Of a stretch of 48,780 nt of DNA, positions 47,029 through 48,780 are shown piece after piece. Each line of letters begins with the position of its first letter. Position 1 is the stretch's first letter. Made by a program: the position numbers and the translations under genes. Where the stretch lies: assembly GCF_001194135.2 (NCBI RefSeq), contig NC_068981.1:107169754-107218533 (forward strand), read 5' to 3'. This stretch comes from Octopus bimaculoides. Lineage: Eukaryota. Under the pieces are notes generated by a model, which searched no databases, was not told the DNA's origin, and saw nothing but the letters and a program-made list of their open reading frames with translations.

Positions 47029-47035
47029 CGGCGCA
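46974..47035 (+). promoter_or_regulatory. -1 programmed ribosomal frameshift signal (slippery heptamer plus predicted H-type pseudoknot)
   Basis: G GGA AAC (46974-46980) in the gag frame, with the -1 frame open into the protease. Stem 1 AAGGGAGAC/GTCTCCCTT (46986-46994 / 47008-47016); stem 2 TGCGCC/GGCGCA (46998-47003 / 47030-47035). Confidence 0.8.
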
Positions 47036-48780
47036 ATTTTTTCTACCCGTTGTTAATGTGCTAGTGGATGAGAAGATGTCGCGTGCCCTTGTGGACACAG
47101 GCTGTACAACGACCCTGATGACTCCAGGAGTGGTAGATNNNNNNNNNNNNNNNNNNNNNNNNNNNNNNNNNNNNNNNNNNNNNNNNNNNNNNNNNNNNNN
47201 NNNNNNNNNNNNNNNNNNNNNNNNNNNNNNNNNNNNNNNNNNNNNNNNNNNNNNNNNNNNNNNNNNNNNNNNNNNNNNNNNNNNNNNNNNNNNNNNNNNN
47301 NNNNNNNNNNNNNNNNNNNNNNNNNNNNNNNNNNNNNNNNNNNNNNNNNNNNNNNNNNNNNNNNNNNNNNNNNNNNNNNNNNNNNNNNNNNNNNNNNNNN
47401 NNNNNNNNNNNNNNNNNNNNNNNNNNNNNNNNNNNNNNNNNNNNNNNNNNNNNNNNNNNNNNNNNNNNNNNNNNNNNNNNNNNNNNNNNNNNNNNNNNNN
47501 NNNNNNNNNNNNNNNNNNNNNNNNNNNNNNNNNNNNNNNNNNNNNNNNNNNNNNNNNNNNNNNNNNNNNNNNNNNNNNNNNNNNNNNNNNNNNNNNNNNN
47601 NNNNNNNNNNNNNNNNNNNNNNNNNNNNNNNNNNNNNNNNNNNNNNNNNNNNNNNNNNNNNNNNNNNNNNNNNNNNNNNNNNNNNNNNNNNNNNNNNNNN
47701 NNNNNNNNNNNNNNNNNNNNNNNNNNNNNNNNNNNNNNNNNNNNNNNNNNNNNNNNNNNNNNNNNNNNNNNNNNNNNNNNNNNNNNNNNNNNNNNNNNNN
47801 NNNNNNNNNNNNNNNNNNNNNNNNNNNNNNNNNNNNNNNNNNNNNNNNNNNNNNNNNNNNNNNNNNNNNNNNNNNNNNNNNNNNNNNNNNNNNNNNNNNN
47901 NNNNNNNNNNNNNNNNNNNNNNNNNNNNNNNNNNNNNNNNNNNNNNNNNNNNNNNNNNNNNNNNNNNNNNNNNNNNNNNNNNNNNNNNNNNNNNNNNNNN
48001 NNNNNNNNNNNNNNNNNNNNNNNNNNNNNNNNNNNNNNNNNNNNNNNNNNNNNNNNNNNNNNNNNNNNNNNGGGGGGAGCTGCGCTGGGGCTGAAGCTAC
48101 AAAAAGACAGATCGAGCGAGCTGGTGTTCCGGAGAGGAAACAAGATCCCTGAACTGGGCACCAGCGTGAGTAGGCGGGAACTGTTCTCGGTGTGCGGGAA
48201 GCTGGTGGGACATTACCTGGTTGCAGGATGGCTTCAGACAGCATGTAGCTTCATCAAGAGACGAGCCGAAGGAGCAAAGTGGAATGACAGAGTTGGGGAG
48301 AAAACGACCGACATGATGCAGGAAGTCTTGGTTAGAGTGAGAGCAGAGGATCCAGTGAGGGGCAGTTGGTATGTTCTCAAATCAAAGAGTGGGATCGTTT
48401 GGTGTGATGCCAGTAGCATTGCAATAGGGGTCGTCTTGGAAATGGGAGGCACTGTGGTCTGGAGCTGAGCATAATCTTTGTGCCTTCCGAAAAGAAAATG
48501 GGCAGACGTCCTAACCAGGGTAAAGCGAGCTTGGTTGCAGGTGCCAGAGGATGCGGAGCAGGCTGTGGCTGCAGTATGCTGTCTGAGTGACTCGGAGTTG
48601 AGGAGACTGCATACCATGCATCACATGGGAGTGGACAGGACGTTGTTCCTCGCCAGGAAAGTTGACTCCGAGGTAACGAGGCGGAGCGTGCAGAGAGTGG
48701 TTAGCAGCTATGACAGGTGCCAGTCTATTGACCCTGCTCCGGGCGTACATGAGGCGGGAAGTATTCCAGTGGCCCACAAC
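46974..48780 (+). pseudogene. pol (protease, gap, RT C-terminus, RNase H with internal deletion, integrase N-terminus)
   Basis: DTG at 47094-47102; open frame 48072-48468 GAALGLKLQKDRS..RRELFSVCGKLVGHY..VWCDASSIAIGVVLE. RNase H middle deleted near 48460, with a frameshift before ADVLTRVK. Confidence 0.8.

Larger units (their letters stand above)
45842..48780 (+). mobile_element. Ty3/Gypsy-superfamily LTR retrotransposon (5' LTR, gag, pro, RT/RNase H, integrase start); runs off the window
   Basis: Gag with two zinc knuckles; protease ALVDTGC; RT thumb ELFSVCGKLVGHY..GWL; RNase H VWCDASS; ADVLTR; integrase HH-CC region LHTMHHMGVDRTL..(C>Y)DRC. Order PR-RT-RH-IN. Clade not assigned. Confidence 0.85.

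Overview
AT-rich, repeat-dense, gapped (N-containing) invertebrate scaffold, most likely an octopus. That assignment is inferred from its RTE LINE, tRNA-SINE and microsatellite families. The only host gene I can support is the 3' end of a polypeptide N-acetylgalactosaminyltransferase (GALNT1/GALNT13-like), on the + strand. Its three coding exons (456-590, 13829-13907, 16900-16958) have GT-AG junctions that splice in frame to the C-terminal ricin-B lectin repeats and a stop. The rest is a nested transposon landscape. It includes RTE-clade LINEs, a dense same-strand tRNA-SINE cluster, DD41D and DD37D Tc1/mariner relics, and a Penelope-like relic interrupted by a CsRn1-clade Gypsy element with both LTRs. 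It also has R4/Dong-like non-LTR fragments stacked at (CATA)n and a second Gypsy-superfamily element running off the right edge. The most interesting signals are RNA-level. (1) A head-to-head palindromic tRNA-headed SINE carries a minimal Penelope-type hammerhead consensus in its tail. (2) One LTR element has a primer-binding position that exactly complements nt 1-12 of tRNA-Phe rather than a tRNA 3' end. (3) The same element has a complete -1 frameshift signal (G GGA AAC plus a predicted H-type pseudoknot). (4) Two R4-like families share a covarying 3'-terminal stem-loop. All alignments, counts and family assignments were made by eye, without database searches.
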